NCBI GenBank assembly: GCA_016748015.1
Contig: JAAOMT010000073.1
Coordinates: 62,001 to 126,000, forward strand
Reading direction: 5' to 3'
From: Geosiphon pyriformis uo1
Lineage: Eukaryota > Fungi > Glomeromycota
Length of the DNA: 64,000 nucleotides
The translations under genes were made by a program, and so were the position numbers. Under the pieces are notes generated by a model. The model ran no database searches. It was not told the DNA's origin and was given only the letters and a program-made list of their open reading frames with translations. The number at the start of each line of letters is the position of its first letter. The stretch's first letter is position 1. This document shows, piece by piece, positions 25,840 to 39,068 of the stretch.

Positions 25840-26528
25840 ATGACTATTTCTCAAAACATTCAACAATTATCCCAAAAACTAATGTTAGCTTTAAAAACAA
25901 TACCCGAATTATCTATTACTGTTACTGAAAACCACATTAATTATACCCAAACAGAAGTAGTTACAAATTTAGCCCCAAACTCACGAAAATATCACCCATA
26001 TAAAAAGAACACAAGAAGTTATACTGGAATTCACCTGCCAGAACTTTTAAAGCTTGCTTTAAGAGAAAACCTAATGCTCACTCTGATTAGTATTCCACCA
26101 AATGCTACAATTCAACAAAAACTTCAACTGTGTCTCAATGAGGAAAACACTGAATANNNNNNNNNNNNNNNNNNNNACTGGAACTTACAACAGCAAACCT
26201 CACAAAAGAAGCTATTCAGAAACAACTCCACAATGAATTCAAGACAACAGCTGGATTAACAAACAGTCGCTACAGGCTTAGAGCCGCCCTTAGACTTTAT
26301 GACCTATTCCACACCTGTGAAAATGTACTACAAAACCCAATTTTTCAACCCTTGAAGATTCAATACATTGGAAAGTTCACAGAACTGAAATTTCAACAAT
26401 TTTCAGACCAAATTTCTTCAATAATTTTGGATTATTATCTGGAAATAACAGACAGTACTTGGACTTTGACGGAGCTCAGTCTTGAGGAGGAGGTTATGTT
26501 ACCAGACGAAATTAGAGATATTATTTAG
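25840..26528 (+). pseudogene. ORF3 of A2 (contains 20-N gap 26157-26176)
   Basis: MTISQNIQQLSQKLMLALK...LEEEVMLPDEIRDII*. Confidence 0.8.
26484..26493 (+). promoter_or_regulatory. Polypurine tract of A2
   Basis: GAGGAGGAGG ending 3 nt before 3' LTR. Confidence 0.85.
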
Positions 26529-27476
26529 CATGAAATTATCTTATAATTCCTATCATTAATTAGCATATATTATCATTTCAAATGATCACATATTACATTA
26601 GCAAAAATGTCCGAAATTATCATTTAATTAATAACTCAAATTGTACACAACACAAATGTAATCTAATTGCAATGATCAATCATGCAATACCCTGAACTAT
26701 GTAACATTCAGAAGTTCGCTGAAATTTGTAGAAATTCGCCGAAATAATTGATAGTTCACCGAAATATCTAATAGTTCACCGAAATAACTTGTAGTTTGCC
26801 GAAATGTATCTTTAGTTCAGTGAAATTGTAGAAAATAGCAAAGTTCAAGTTTATAGAATAGTGTTACAACAAGTTGTATAAAAGAAGAGCTTCTCTTTTC
26901 GAGAAAATGTATCTTACTTTAGATTTATCTCTTAAAAACCATTCCTATACACACAAAAAGAAATAAATATCAAATAATTCGAGAAACCAAATTCTTTAAT
27001 TATTGTACTTGGAAAATCTCCAAAACCCAACTAACATTTCGAAATTGATTAGCTACCAATTTCAGTAAACTGTTAGTGACTCCAGGCCTGGATAGAAAAC
27101 GTTCCCTTGATAAAATCCTATTTCTTTTACACTTCTTTTATTTTTCTTTCTTTTCTTATTACAATCATTAAGGTAGCCTACAGATGAGATTTCTGTAGAA
27201 AAGTTGACTTTCACAGCAAAGTAACTACACATTTTTTAGTAAGCTTCCAGACGAGCAATTCCTGGGAAAGAGTTGACATTTACTACAACGTAACTACATA
27301 AAGCAACTGGCATGGAATTGGCCATTCCACTTATAAGCCCAGCAAGTTCAAATTATAGGAGATAATTTGAAGATAAATTCAGTTACTGGAGGTTCAACCA
27401 CATCCAGAAAATGTGAATTCACAGCAAATAAGTATCAACAACATTACAGAAAAGAGACCAAAAACCTCTGGTAACA
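26497..27476 (+). repeat. 3' LTR of A2 (980 bp)
   Basis: TG...CA termini; repeat array 26714-26826; TATAAAAG 26877-26884. Confidence 0.94.
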
Positions 27477-30437
27477 CCACCCAAAGACAAATTACTCTCA
27501 GAGAAAATGCGCACCATACCAGCCAGAAAATTATTCAGAGAGTTGACCTTGACACAAACCAGATATTGCAATAGATAAAGTGGATGCCAGCAAAGAACCT
27601 GAAGATTATGTAACCAGTGAAAGAATAAATGACCCAAAATACCAATAGAGTTCATGAAAAAAATAACCAAACCTGACTTATTCTTAGCCTAAATCTGCTC
27701 AAAAGTCTTCAAACCATACAAAGAAGAATGATAAATTGCATTACTAGGGAAGTCATGTGGCAGGCCAGACTTAGATTTCAAGCCCTTAGAAATCAAAGTG
27801 TCCCACTTCTTACAAGCACTAACAGGAACATAACTGAATTGTGTTCTATAACCAATGATAGGAAAGAAGACTGCTGAAACCAAATACAAAAACTGCTTAT
27901 CAGATACTGCCTTTTTGAGGACCAGATTAGCAAAAAACTGGACATCAGAATGTGCTTTGGCCAAGCTAGATTTGGAAAGACCCTCAGTCAACAGATAGAT
28001 CTCTAAATAGCAATACAATTTTTCTCTTTTGGCAATAAAAATAAGTGATCTGCTGATCAACAGGGAAGGATCTGCAATCTTACAATTGATGAGAATGGCC
28101 ACAGTCTTATCATTATTAATTGAAATATTATTGATATTAAAAAATTCACTAGCAATGTTGAGAATATGCTGTGTAGTACTTCAACTACTGCCAACCCATA
28201 TAGTATCATCAACAAAGGCACCTACAGCAAAAAAAAAGAAGAGACCAGCCCAAGATTTGGCATGACCACATCCAGAAATAAAGTAAAAATTCAACCTATA
28301 TTCACACCCATCTATCTGTCTTTTGACCTTACACAGAAGAAGATCATAAAATATGCACCAAAGAAGTGGCAAAAACATCTCCCCCTGCTCCAAGCCATCA
28401 TGCACTCTGTATTTATCTGTTAAACCAAAATCTGTCATAACCCTATTAATACAATCATTATGAATACCACCAAAAAACTTAATGAACCTGTTATACATCT
28501 TTATCCTAATCAAACTGTTTTGAAGATGCTCTTACCCAACAGAATCATAAGTCTTTCACATGTTCTGCAAGACCAACCAGAGTTCATAACTCTTTTCTAA
28601 AGCATTTTCAACCACTAAACCAATGGCAAAAATGGGTGACTGTGTCATTGTATCCCTTAGGACTAAAAAATTGTTTTCATGCAAAACATCAAAAGTACTA
28701 TATGCCAATGAGATTCTATTCAAGAAAATTTTGGAAAGAATTTTGCAGGCAGTTTTAATCAAGGCAATAGGTCGAGTGTTCATGAAAACTCCATCCCATT
28801 CATATAGCTTAGGAATCATCAAGATCCAAGCTTCTTTTCAAGTACTGGGTACTGATTTGCAGATCAAACAAAAATTCAAAAGCACCAAAAGCATATCCAA
28901 AACTGATTTATCACAATGTTTCCAGAGTTTATTCGAAATCCCAAAGAGACCAGCAGTTTTACCCTCAGAAAGATTAGAAACCACACCAAGCAACTCATCA
29001 ACACCAACAGGACACATCAAGCCAGAAAAAGCATCATTGAAAACATACTTCAGAGGCTGGTATTGGCAAGATCATTTATCTGAAATGTCAGGCATCACCC
29101 TGCACTTCCTGGTCCAATCTTTCATAATTCTATTTACCCTAGATTTAACTAGGCTTGGCTCCAATACTAATTCATCACCTACTACCAGATAATTCAGTAT
29201 CATTTTGCAAAAGGGGTGCTCCAAAACATTCCTAATGGTGTGATTCTTATCTGATTCAAAACTTTCCATTTTCTTATTAATAGCCATCTTGATACATGTT
29301 TCCTCAGCATGCCTGGATTCCAGCAGCTTAGAAGAGCAGTAAGATTTTCTTACCTTAGCCAGAGCCGAGCAAATCATGTTGAAATTGGAACCTAAAAGAA
29401 ATAAAGACTTTACTACTGATGCACTATTAGCATCAAGCACATACCACATATCCAATAATGAAGCAAATTTTACACTAGAGACCAAGTGAGAAGCCTTAAC
29501 CAGTTTAGACATCAGCAACTCCAGTTTATGAAACCTTGAAAAATCTCTGATAAAAATCCCATCAAAATCTTTGAACCATTTCTTCCTAAATATTTCATGT
29601 GCTGAAAGAGTCATTATCTTGTGCAAAACATTCCACATGACATCTAAATCCGAGAGTTGTACAGCAGTAGTGAACTCATTGGCAAACATTCTAGTATTGG
29701 CTGAAGTGGCATCTTTAAAATTTTTCTATTTACTGTTGTCAGCACTCCTGAAATCAAACTTCCAACAATTTTTATTAGCCTGTCTATAAAGGGAGTTTAA
29801 CTGAGTATCCAGCAGACTGCCCAGGCTGACAGAAACAGAAACTATCCAATGATCAGTGTTGAAATGTTTGCTCACATCCATAACATTGCAATTCACTACT
29901 GCATTGACTAAATTAGACAAAACTAGCACAAAACCAATTGTTTTTTTTACACCCCTCAAATTTTTTCACATAAGACTTTTTACTACTGGGCTACTTGACA
30001 AAGAGTTGACCAGCCCCAAGTCTAGACAGCTTTTAAAACTTGTATTCTTATGCAAACCGTTCTCATTGAAATCACCACCCAAAACAACAAAAGAAGATTT
30101 ATTAACAGTCTTAGCAATGAAAGAGTTGATTTCACCAGCCTAAGAAAACCAAGCCACCGAAAAAGCACCAGCATAAAGCCCCAAAATAGACACAGAAAGT
30201 TTATTCTTGAAAAGCAACTTAATAGACAGAAGCTGACCAGGCACCTCAGAAACTTTGTACACATGTCTCACCAAAAAAATGTCCATGACAATCACAACGC
30301 CAGAGCCTATATAACCAGAATCTAATCCAGAGGTAAACACTCGAAAACCATCAAACTTATTCATGATCCATGAGTGAATTTTATTCTTTAACTTGATCTC
30401 AGTAACAATAGAAATCAAATTGTTCGACTCTTTATGC
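27477..30437 (-). pseudogene. LINE-2 ORF2 middle: APE endonuclease body and RT
   Basis: VTEIKL, LGLYAG, HFNTDH, NTRPIAL, GLEQGE, GAFVDDTIW. Confidence 0.9.
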
Positions 30438-31317
30438 TGTTACTCATAGAAATATAGGAAATATAGTAGCATAATTATTAGTTAATCAGAAGTAGATATA
30501 GTAAATGTGAAATTCCAGGATTCCTCTTAGGAATTGCAGGATTCCAGAAATTACAGAATTCTCACACAAGGAATTGTAGAATTTTAGAATTCCAGGATTC
30601 CTCTCAAAAGAATTGCAGGATTCCAGGAATTCCAAGATTCCTATCGTGAAGAATTAAGAAATTGAGAAATCTCAATTATGTATATATAGCAATAGCATTA
30701 GAAGCTGAAAAGACAGACCTCTCAGTTTAGATTTGACCTAAGCAATCTTACAGTTCCCAATTATCAAATAAATAATTATTTTATATCTCAATCCACTCTC
30801 TACTATCAACACTTTATGTTGATAGTAATTGATACTTAACCATACTAGAACAATAGCTCTTAATCATGGCTATTGATGGGATACTAACTTACCAAATTGT
30901 CTTGGCTTATTTTCTTTATTTCATTTTCTTTTCTTTCTTTCTTTTTTTTTCTTTTTTTGTGTTGTTTTGTTGTTGTATACTAATTAATTAAGGATTAAAA
31001 GTGCTGAGTTATTGACATCATGGATAGCCTGGTAAAAAACCCAGAAATAAGGGTAGAATTTTATATATTATCAGATAGCTTACCAGAAGGGCATGACTGT
31101 TAGACTAAATCCGGCCTTCACACTGAGAAAAAAATTGGACAGAATTGTAATTCCAAAGACTATTACAAATACTGTTAAATCTCTGTTTATTATACAAAGA
31201 ACTTCATCAAAACCTTCAGATACAACACTTTCAGAATATCATTGATAGAAATAGCTTTTGAGCACCAAGTTACAGATTTGTTATTTGTCTTGAGACTTCA
31301 AAGATTCAATTGTAACA
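30438..31317 (+). repeat. 5' LTR of B1
   Basis: TGTTACTC...TGTAACA; GGAATT/GGATTCC array 30510-30640; TATATATA 30681-30688. Confidence 0.95.
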
Positions 31318-31336
31318 TTTGGTGCTCCCTGTGAGG
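31318..31336 (+). promoter_or_regulatory. PBS of B1; primer unassigned (3' end resembles elongator tRNA-Met or tRNA-Ile(UAU))
   Basis: TTTGGTGCTCCCTGTGAGG; complement ends CCTCACAGGGAGCACCA. Confidence 0.85.
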
Positions 31337-31343
31337 TATAATC

Positions 31344-34300
31344 CTACAAAGAACCAGCACCAACAAACACCATCCAAAAGTGGCAGAATCAGAAAATATA
31401 GGAGCAAACCATTTAGGATTTGCAAAATTTTTATTTCAACACTATTGTTAATACCTGAGATTAAACCACAATCACATATCTGCCGAATCAGTCAATTTCT
31501 ATGTCAACAAAAAGATTTCCTCTTTGTTAGAAACACCAATAAATACTGAATCAGCAAAGGAAACTTTCTATAGAGAATTAATTCAAAACACCAACCTACC
31601 AACAAATCATAATTTCGCATCCATCATCACTAAAATCAACAAAGAAATTGAACATCACACTTAACAAAGATATCTAATTACATATGCTAGTAAAGGCAAA
31701 GGAAAACTACAAACACCAGCAGTAATATCCAGAAAAATACAACCATCTACTTGGAAGAAAAACAGAATTGAATTCCCAAGCAACTCATCCTACCACTATA
31801 CACCCGGAAGCGCCATCAACATATCATCAACAGATGTGTTCCCATCAACTGTGACATCAACATTTAGACAATTCTCATTCCAAAGTAAACAAAAGAAAAC
31901 AGAATTATTAGGACCATATGGCAAATACTTTGAAGGATTTAATTTACGATCACCAATGCCATCAGAAATTCGATCACTGCCACCTCAACCAGACTTTGGA
32001 ACTGCTACTCCATAGAAATTATCTGAAAAAGAAGAAGAAGAAGAATCAGAAGAAGAATCAGAAGATCAAGAATTTACTTACCAAAACCCAATCACTGAAA
32101 ACCCGAAAGTTGAAACACCGAATCTTCAAATCCAGCAAAATTTAAATCTAGAAAATTTGGAAATCAAAACTCTGAATTATTAAAGGCAGAACAATCCAAA
32201 CCCCGAATTAATTAATCAACAAAACTTACCTCTGGTAATTGTCATCAATCAACCACTGATTAATCCAATAGCCGAACCCATACAGCTGCCACTTCAACTA
32301 CCACCCCAACAACCAGCACCACAACAACCACTTTAACAGCCACCACAACCACCCAACTTAGATCCAATGGTCTATGCATCAATCACAAAACTTGACAATT
32401 TTACTGGCAAAGAGGATGACACTCAAGTATGGCTAAATGATGTAGAAAAAGCTATTGCAGCCAACAGATGGAATGATGTCTGAGCCATGCAAGCCATTTC
32501 CTACTTTCTCAAGGATACCGCCAATTCATGGTACCAGAGCTTGATTAATAAACCACAAGATTTCAATGCCTTCAAAGTGGAATTCCTAAGATACTTCAGC
32601 AACAATAACAGCATCAATTGCCTAGTCAACATATTCACCACCATAAAACAAGGAGAAACTGAAGCAGTCACCACTTACCTGGAATACTTCTATCGAAATC
32701 TGCACCAAATTCAAGCAATTGATGCCAATTATTTCACAGCATCACAGATCCTCAACCAGTTTATCCATGGCCTGTGCAGTAGCATCTTGTAACATATACA
32801 TCTATTGCATCCAGGCACACTTCAAGATGCAGTCACATGCACCAGAGATTTTGAATCCACTGAGTCAGAGGCCAACCACGCCCAAGTCATCAATCTAGTA
32901 ATGAATAGATCATCTGAATTGGATTCCAAATTGGAGAAGTTCAGTGAATCAATTAATAAGAGATTGGAAGGATACTTAGTTGACAATCATGTCATTTATC
33001 AGCCTCCACAATGATGCAATTATTAAGAAAACTCTAATTGTGGCCAAAATCAACCACATTCATCTTTATCAACCAATCAACAGTGGCAACAGAAAATGCG
33101 TATCTGCCACTATTGTGGTAAACAAAAACATATTCAACTCGACTGCCGTTAGTGTTTAAATAACCAATAATTGGGAAATCAATATCAAAAACCCGATCAC
33201 CAGTTCTCAACTCTAAATCATCAATCAAACTCAACACAATATTAAACCACTTACCTACCAATAACGCAGCAACCAATCTATCAACCACCAGTATATTAAC
33301 CACCAGTTTATCAAAACCCAACAATTTATTTACTGCAGCCACAAGTAATTTATTAGCCATCTCAAGTGATCTATCAACCCCAACCAATTCAAACACTGCC
33401 CCAAAACTCAGCTACTATGACATCAGGAAACCCAAGACTTAGAATTACTCAAAACTGGAGATTGGCAATGGTAGTTCACCAACTGATCCCCAGTTCATCA
33501 AACCAGCAAATAGAATCTCGGCAGTAGAATTCGGGTACCAGTACCACCCAAAACCCGAATTCTCAACACTATTTAAGTCTCCTGGTCACTCCAGAAGACA
33601 CCACATCCAGCAACTTGGAATCCGACCAACAGACAACACTTACCAATAACATCCCACCAGCAACTGTTACCAATAATGGATCATTAGCAGCCATCTTCCC
33701 TTTTGAACTTGAGAAGCCATTCTAATTACTGCTATTTAGTGGAGCTGCCCTCGAAGAGAAACCCATCACAGCAATGTACACTGATGCAAAAATAGATGGA
33801 CACCCTATCAAATTTATCCTTAATAGTGGTTCAGCAGGTAGCATTATCACTAAGCAACTCATGAATCAATTAGGTTGCCAAGTTGATTAAACTGCCAGCG
33901 CTAGAATTATCACTGCAGATGGCACCATGAGAATGTCTATTGGTGAAATTAATGACTTCCCAATTGAAGTTAATGGCATCATCACCCCCATTAAGGTCTT
34001 GGTAATGGAAGCAACTTAGTACTAAGCACTAGTTAGTAATGATTGGCTAGTCAAAACCAATGCTGTGCTCGACTGGACCACGCAAAAACTCCAGCTCAGT
34101 CGGAATGGATAACACACATGAGTACCAGCCATGTGTGGTCATTTCAAGACCACCAACTTATCAGCACCACTAATTGACTTTAAAGAAAAGACAAAACCTA
34201 CCTGGGAAGCCTACCAAGTTTTGTGGACTGACCCAGACCACAACAAACTGCTGTTGATACTTTCATGAAACAACAACCCCAAGGGAAAGCAAAAAAAGAA

Positions 34301-37300
34301 ACTGACCTGGGAGACAAATGATTTGACTTGGACTGATAACAAACAGGAAGAACCATCGAGTTGGGAGTGGAAAGAAAAAAAGGGAAAAGGGAAAGAGAGG
34401 GAGGAAAAAAACACTCAAGCCAACAACATTTATATCCCATACACCTACAGTCAACAACAATCATCAACTTATTGCTGACCCAAACTGATATGCGTTGATT
34501 ACAGCAAAAAATTGTTATCAATGGATGCATGCTGTGGTGATGATGAAGAATATCAGATGGCAACCAAGTTTTATTGCTGCACATGCCTTGTCAAACATTT
34601 TGGAAGACCAAAACGAGTGGGAAAATAGGATAATACACCATGTCTAGCCTGTGAAAAAACTCTTCTCAACAAAGGAATGTGGAACGACATTTCTGGGAGA
34701 AGAGGAATATGCGACGTTTCCTGCCAATACATGATCCTCATTAGCGACTGGGTCGAGAAAAAGACACCAATAGAAGCCGCTTGGAGAAGAGCTGTACAGC
34801 AATTGGACAGTTGTCCACACAACAACAATAAATTATGGCGAATGGCAATCACCAAAATTAAAGGCGCATTGCCAGAAGAAATCAGGACAATTAAAAACAA
34901 CCCACCAGAACCCATTGAGCTTGACTGGGACGTAGAGCCAGTCATAAATTTTCTGAAACCAGAAGAGTTCCATGAGCACTACCAAAACTTGGCACCTACT
35001 AGAAAGGAGCAAGAACAATGGCTAGCACAGTTGAATACAAGACTGTGTTGCCATTGTTTAATTCCCAGTGACTTTGAATATTGTGACAATTGTGATCTTA
35101 TTTACAATCCACTACCAGGCATAATCTACACAATCCCTGAAGAAGAAGAACTAATCAACAGCTGTGCATTGAAGTCGGAATCACTGTTTGATCCTGATTC
35201 AAACTCTGACAACAATGACGATGAGAATAATGGTTTCAGCTCCATTCAAAATGGCAATGACTTCAACTCAGATTCAAACCCCAATTCAAACCGCAAACAA
35301 TATATTGCACTTCCTGATCTCTCCAAAGAACAAGAGCTCAAATGATTTAGTCATAATGGTGAAAGTATCATGCCAGAATGCACGCATGATATGGATGCAG
35401 GGTTTGATTTAAGATATTTAGGAAAAGATGTCATCAAATTGAAACCAAACGCGCAAATATGCATTGATTTAAAAATAGCTCTAGAGATTCCAGCAACAAC
35501 CATGATTCTTTTAGCATCTAGGAGTAGTTTAGCAAAGAAGGGGATTAATATTAGAAGGGGAATAATAGATGCAGAATATACAGGAAATATCAGCACCATG
35601 CTACAAAATAACTTAAAAAAGACCTATACAATTGAGCCAAATAAAAAGATAGCACAGACCATATTTCTGCCATTAGTCAAAATAGCCAGCTTAGTGGAAG
35701 TGGGAACAAGGGAGGAATTGGAAATAACAGCAAGAGAGATACAAGGATTTGGGTCAATGGGTAGAATAGAGATACCAATTAATATGATAGAGGAAGAAAT
35801 TGTTGGCCAAAGAGAAATTATCTTAATCAGTCAAGCTATTTCCATTCCACTATATAGCTAGTACATACTAGCAATAGAAAAGAAAAAAAAGGAACAAGAA
35901 CAGATTTTTGAAGCTGAAGCAAACCTTTGTGAATCAGGAGAGATTGGACTGATCAATCTCCACATACCAACCAAAAGCTATAGCCACATAAAAATTCCCA
36001 TTTACAACAACACTGGCAAAGTCATCAACATACCAAAAGAAACTACCATTAGATATTTAACCACAGAAATAGAAGACCAACCACCAAACCCCATTCTGGA
36101 CTTTCCACAACTTTGTAAATATGTCAACATCACATCACAAACAATTTATGAACAGAACAAATGTTATTTGCTTCAACCAGAACAATTAGAACAAATGAAC
36201 ATGGGAAATCTAGACCCACTACAATGTATACAGCTCAAAATGTTACTCAACAATTTCAATGACATCTTTGTCAGTGAAAACAAATTTGGCAGAACTGACA
36301 TCATCCAACATCAAATCAAGACCAAAGATACAATGCTAATCAAACAGTGAGCATACAGAGTACCACTAACCAGCCATAAAATCATTCATCAAGAGATTAA
36401 TCAAATGCTTGACAATGGACTAATCCAGCCATCTATGAGCCCATGGTCATCACCAGTGGTACTTGTCCATAAGAAGAATAAAAAAATTCGATTTTGTGTG
36501 GATTACAGAAAACTCAATAGTGTAACTTGTGGAGACAGCTATTCGACTCCATGAATTCAGGAATTATTCAATGCTTTTGGTGGAAACAAATAGTTCTTAA
36601 TATTAGATTTGGATAGTGGTTACTGGCAAGTAGCCATGGATCCAGCTGATAAGGAGAAGATGACATTCACTACTAGAGAAGAGAATTTCGAATTTGAAGT
36701 AATGTTTTTTGGCTTAACCAATGCCCCAGCCACTTTCCAATGGCTAATAGAAATTGTTTATACTGGCTTATTGTCAAAATCAGTAGTTGTATACTTGAAT
36801 GACACCAATGTATTCTCAAAAACATTTGATAATCATCTTCATCATCTTCAACAAGTGTTCGAAAAACTAAGAAGAGCAGGACTAAAGTTAAATGCAACAA
36901 AGTGCTTCTTCAGCAAGACAGAACTAAAATTCTTGGAACACATAGTCAGTAAAGACAACATCAAAACAGATCTAGAGAAAATAGAGATAGTAAAAAACTT
37001 TCCAGTACCAACCAATGTAACTGAATTGAAATCATTCTTGGGATTCACAAGCTATTATTGATGCTTTATAAAGAACTTTTTAAAGATAGCTCAACTGCTC
37101 AATAATCTGCAAACCAAGAATACCAAATATGAATGGACAGAAAGTCAACAAGAAGCTTTTGATATTCTGAAAAGAAAGCTCATTCAAGCTCCAGTACTAA
37201 TCTACCCAGATCACAACAAACTATTCATCATTACTACTGATGCATCAGGCCAAGCATTGGAAGCAGTACTATCTTAGAAGGGACCAGACGGTAGAGAACA

Positions 37301-39041
37301 TCTAGTAGCATATGCCAGCCAAAGTCTAACACCAGCCAAAAAGAACTATGGAACACCAGAACTAGAACATTTAGCAATCTATTGGGCAGTCATGAAGTAG
37401 AACAAATACTTGAGCCAAAAGTTTGATATATACATGGATCATAAAAGGTTAACATCACTTCAAATGCAAGAATTTGATGACACCCACCAATCCAGATAGA
37501 AAATGGCACTCTCATAATATACTTATACTATACACTATAAGAAAGAAAAAGACAATGGAAATGCTAATGGTTTGTCGCAAATAAGACAAATCTAAAAACA
37601 TTTCAAACTCAAAAATATAACAAAACCAGAACAATACCAACGAAAAATACAACAAAAGATGAACATACAAAAATATCAACAAATTCAACATTATATAACC
37701 ACTCAACAGTTCAAAAAAAATTTATCTCAAATAGAATGAAAGAGTATCAAACAACAATCAAAATATTTTATCACTTACCAAAATATACTTTATCGAAAAA
37801 ATAGAAAGGATCCAGATCAACCAACCAGAGTAATTATAGAGCCAGAAAAAGAAACAATATTATTCAACATGCACTCAAATCCAACAGCAGGACATTTTCA
37901 CAAATAAACAACTATGGAAAGAACCAGAAAATAATATTATTGGCCATCAATGTATCCAGACATCATCTAATATGTTCAAAATTGTGATGCTTGTCAGCAA
38001 AGAGGAGAAACAAGACTCTGTGAACCATTAAGACCAATCAAAGTGGGACAACCATTTGACTGGATTGGAATTGATCTAGTCAGACCATTAACAATCACCA
38101 GAGAAGAAAACAGGTACATAGCAGTAGCCATAGACTATCTCACTAAATGGCCAGAGGCAAAAGCAATTCAAAGAGCGGATGCAAAATCTATTGCTGAATT
38201 TGTTCATCAAGATTTGATCTGTCGACACAGATGTTCAAAAGAACTATTATCAGACCAAGGAACCCACTTTGTGAATAGAACATTAGCAGAATTAAGCCAG
38301 AAATTTGGGATTAAGAGACCACTATCATCACCATATCATTCACAAACAAATGGTCTAGTTGAAAGATTTAATAGAACATTGTGTAAAGCAATTGCCAAAC
38401 TCAGCCAAGAAAACCAGGACAAATGGGATTTGTTCATACCATCAGTATTATTTGCTTATCAGACAATGAAGCAAGATACTACACAAGCAACACCATTTAA
38501 ATTAGTATATGGTAGAACAGCAACATTACCAGTAGAGAGAGAAATTAATACATATTCAGCTAAACCAATAACAGAAGAGAATTTTCAAGAAACATTGCTG
38601 AGAAGAACATATGACTTAATGGAAACATTGGAAAACAAATGAAGAAGAGCAGCTGATAATATTCAAAAGTCACAAGAAAAACAGAAAGAAAGACACGATA
38701 GTCAACTACTAAACAAACCAGTTGAATTCAAGATTGGAGACAAAGTACTCTTATATCATACCAAAGCGGAAAAACAATAGAGTAGAAAATTTGACCCCAA
38801 ATGAGATGGACCATTTCACATAGAAAAAATTCTAGAAAATGGAGCTTACAAATTAAGACTGGATAACAAAATTTTAACCAAAGCAGTACATGGAGATTGA
38901 CTGAAACCATACCACAACATTACACCACCATCTACTAGTAATATTCCACAATTAAGAGTACAGAGAATACTAGTCCAACCAGATGAAATTCCACAAGATC
39001 TGGAACCAATTGTTATTATTGACAATAACACATTAAATTGA
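31344..39041 (+). pseudogene. gag-pol: B1 gag-pol polyprotein, single frame, nonsense-disrupted
   Basis: Fragments 32487, 34677, 35370, 36609, 38043 share a frame; CHYCGKQKHIQLDC, FILNSGS, YLND, TDAS, LSDQGTHF. Confidence 0.92.
35370..35765 (+). pseudogene. dut: dUTPase domain in B1 Pol
   Basis: DAGFDL, SRSSLA, GIIDAEYTG, KIAQTI, REIQGFGSMG. Confidence 0.92.
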
Positions 39042-39068
39042 TTCATCAAAAGAATATATAAAGACACA

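Larger units (their letters stand above)
17714..27476 (+). mobile_element. Ty3/Gypsy family A element A2
   Basis: TGTTACC...GGTAACA; perfect TSD CCAC (17710-17713, 27477-27480). Confidence 0.95.

Noticed and set aside
25840-26528. ORF3 as envelope protein or chromodomain
   Set aside because: No signal peptide, transmembrane helix or chromodomain aromatic pattern visible.
26714-26826. Repeat-spacer pattern resembling a CRISPR array
   Set aside because: 12-bp motifs with 8-9 bp spacers inside an LTR; no cas genes; eukaryotic context.
31318-31336. tRNA gene
   Set aside because: Only a PBS-length complement to a tRNA 3' end; no cloverleaf.
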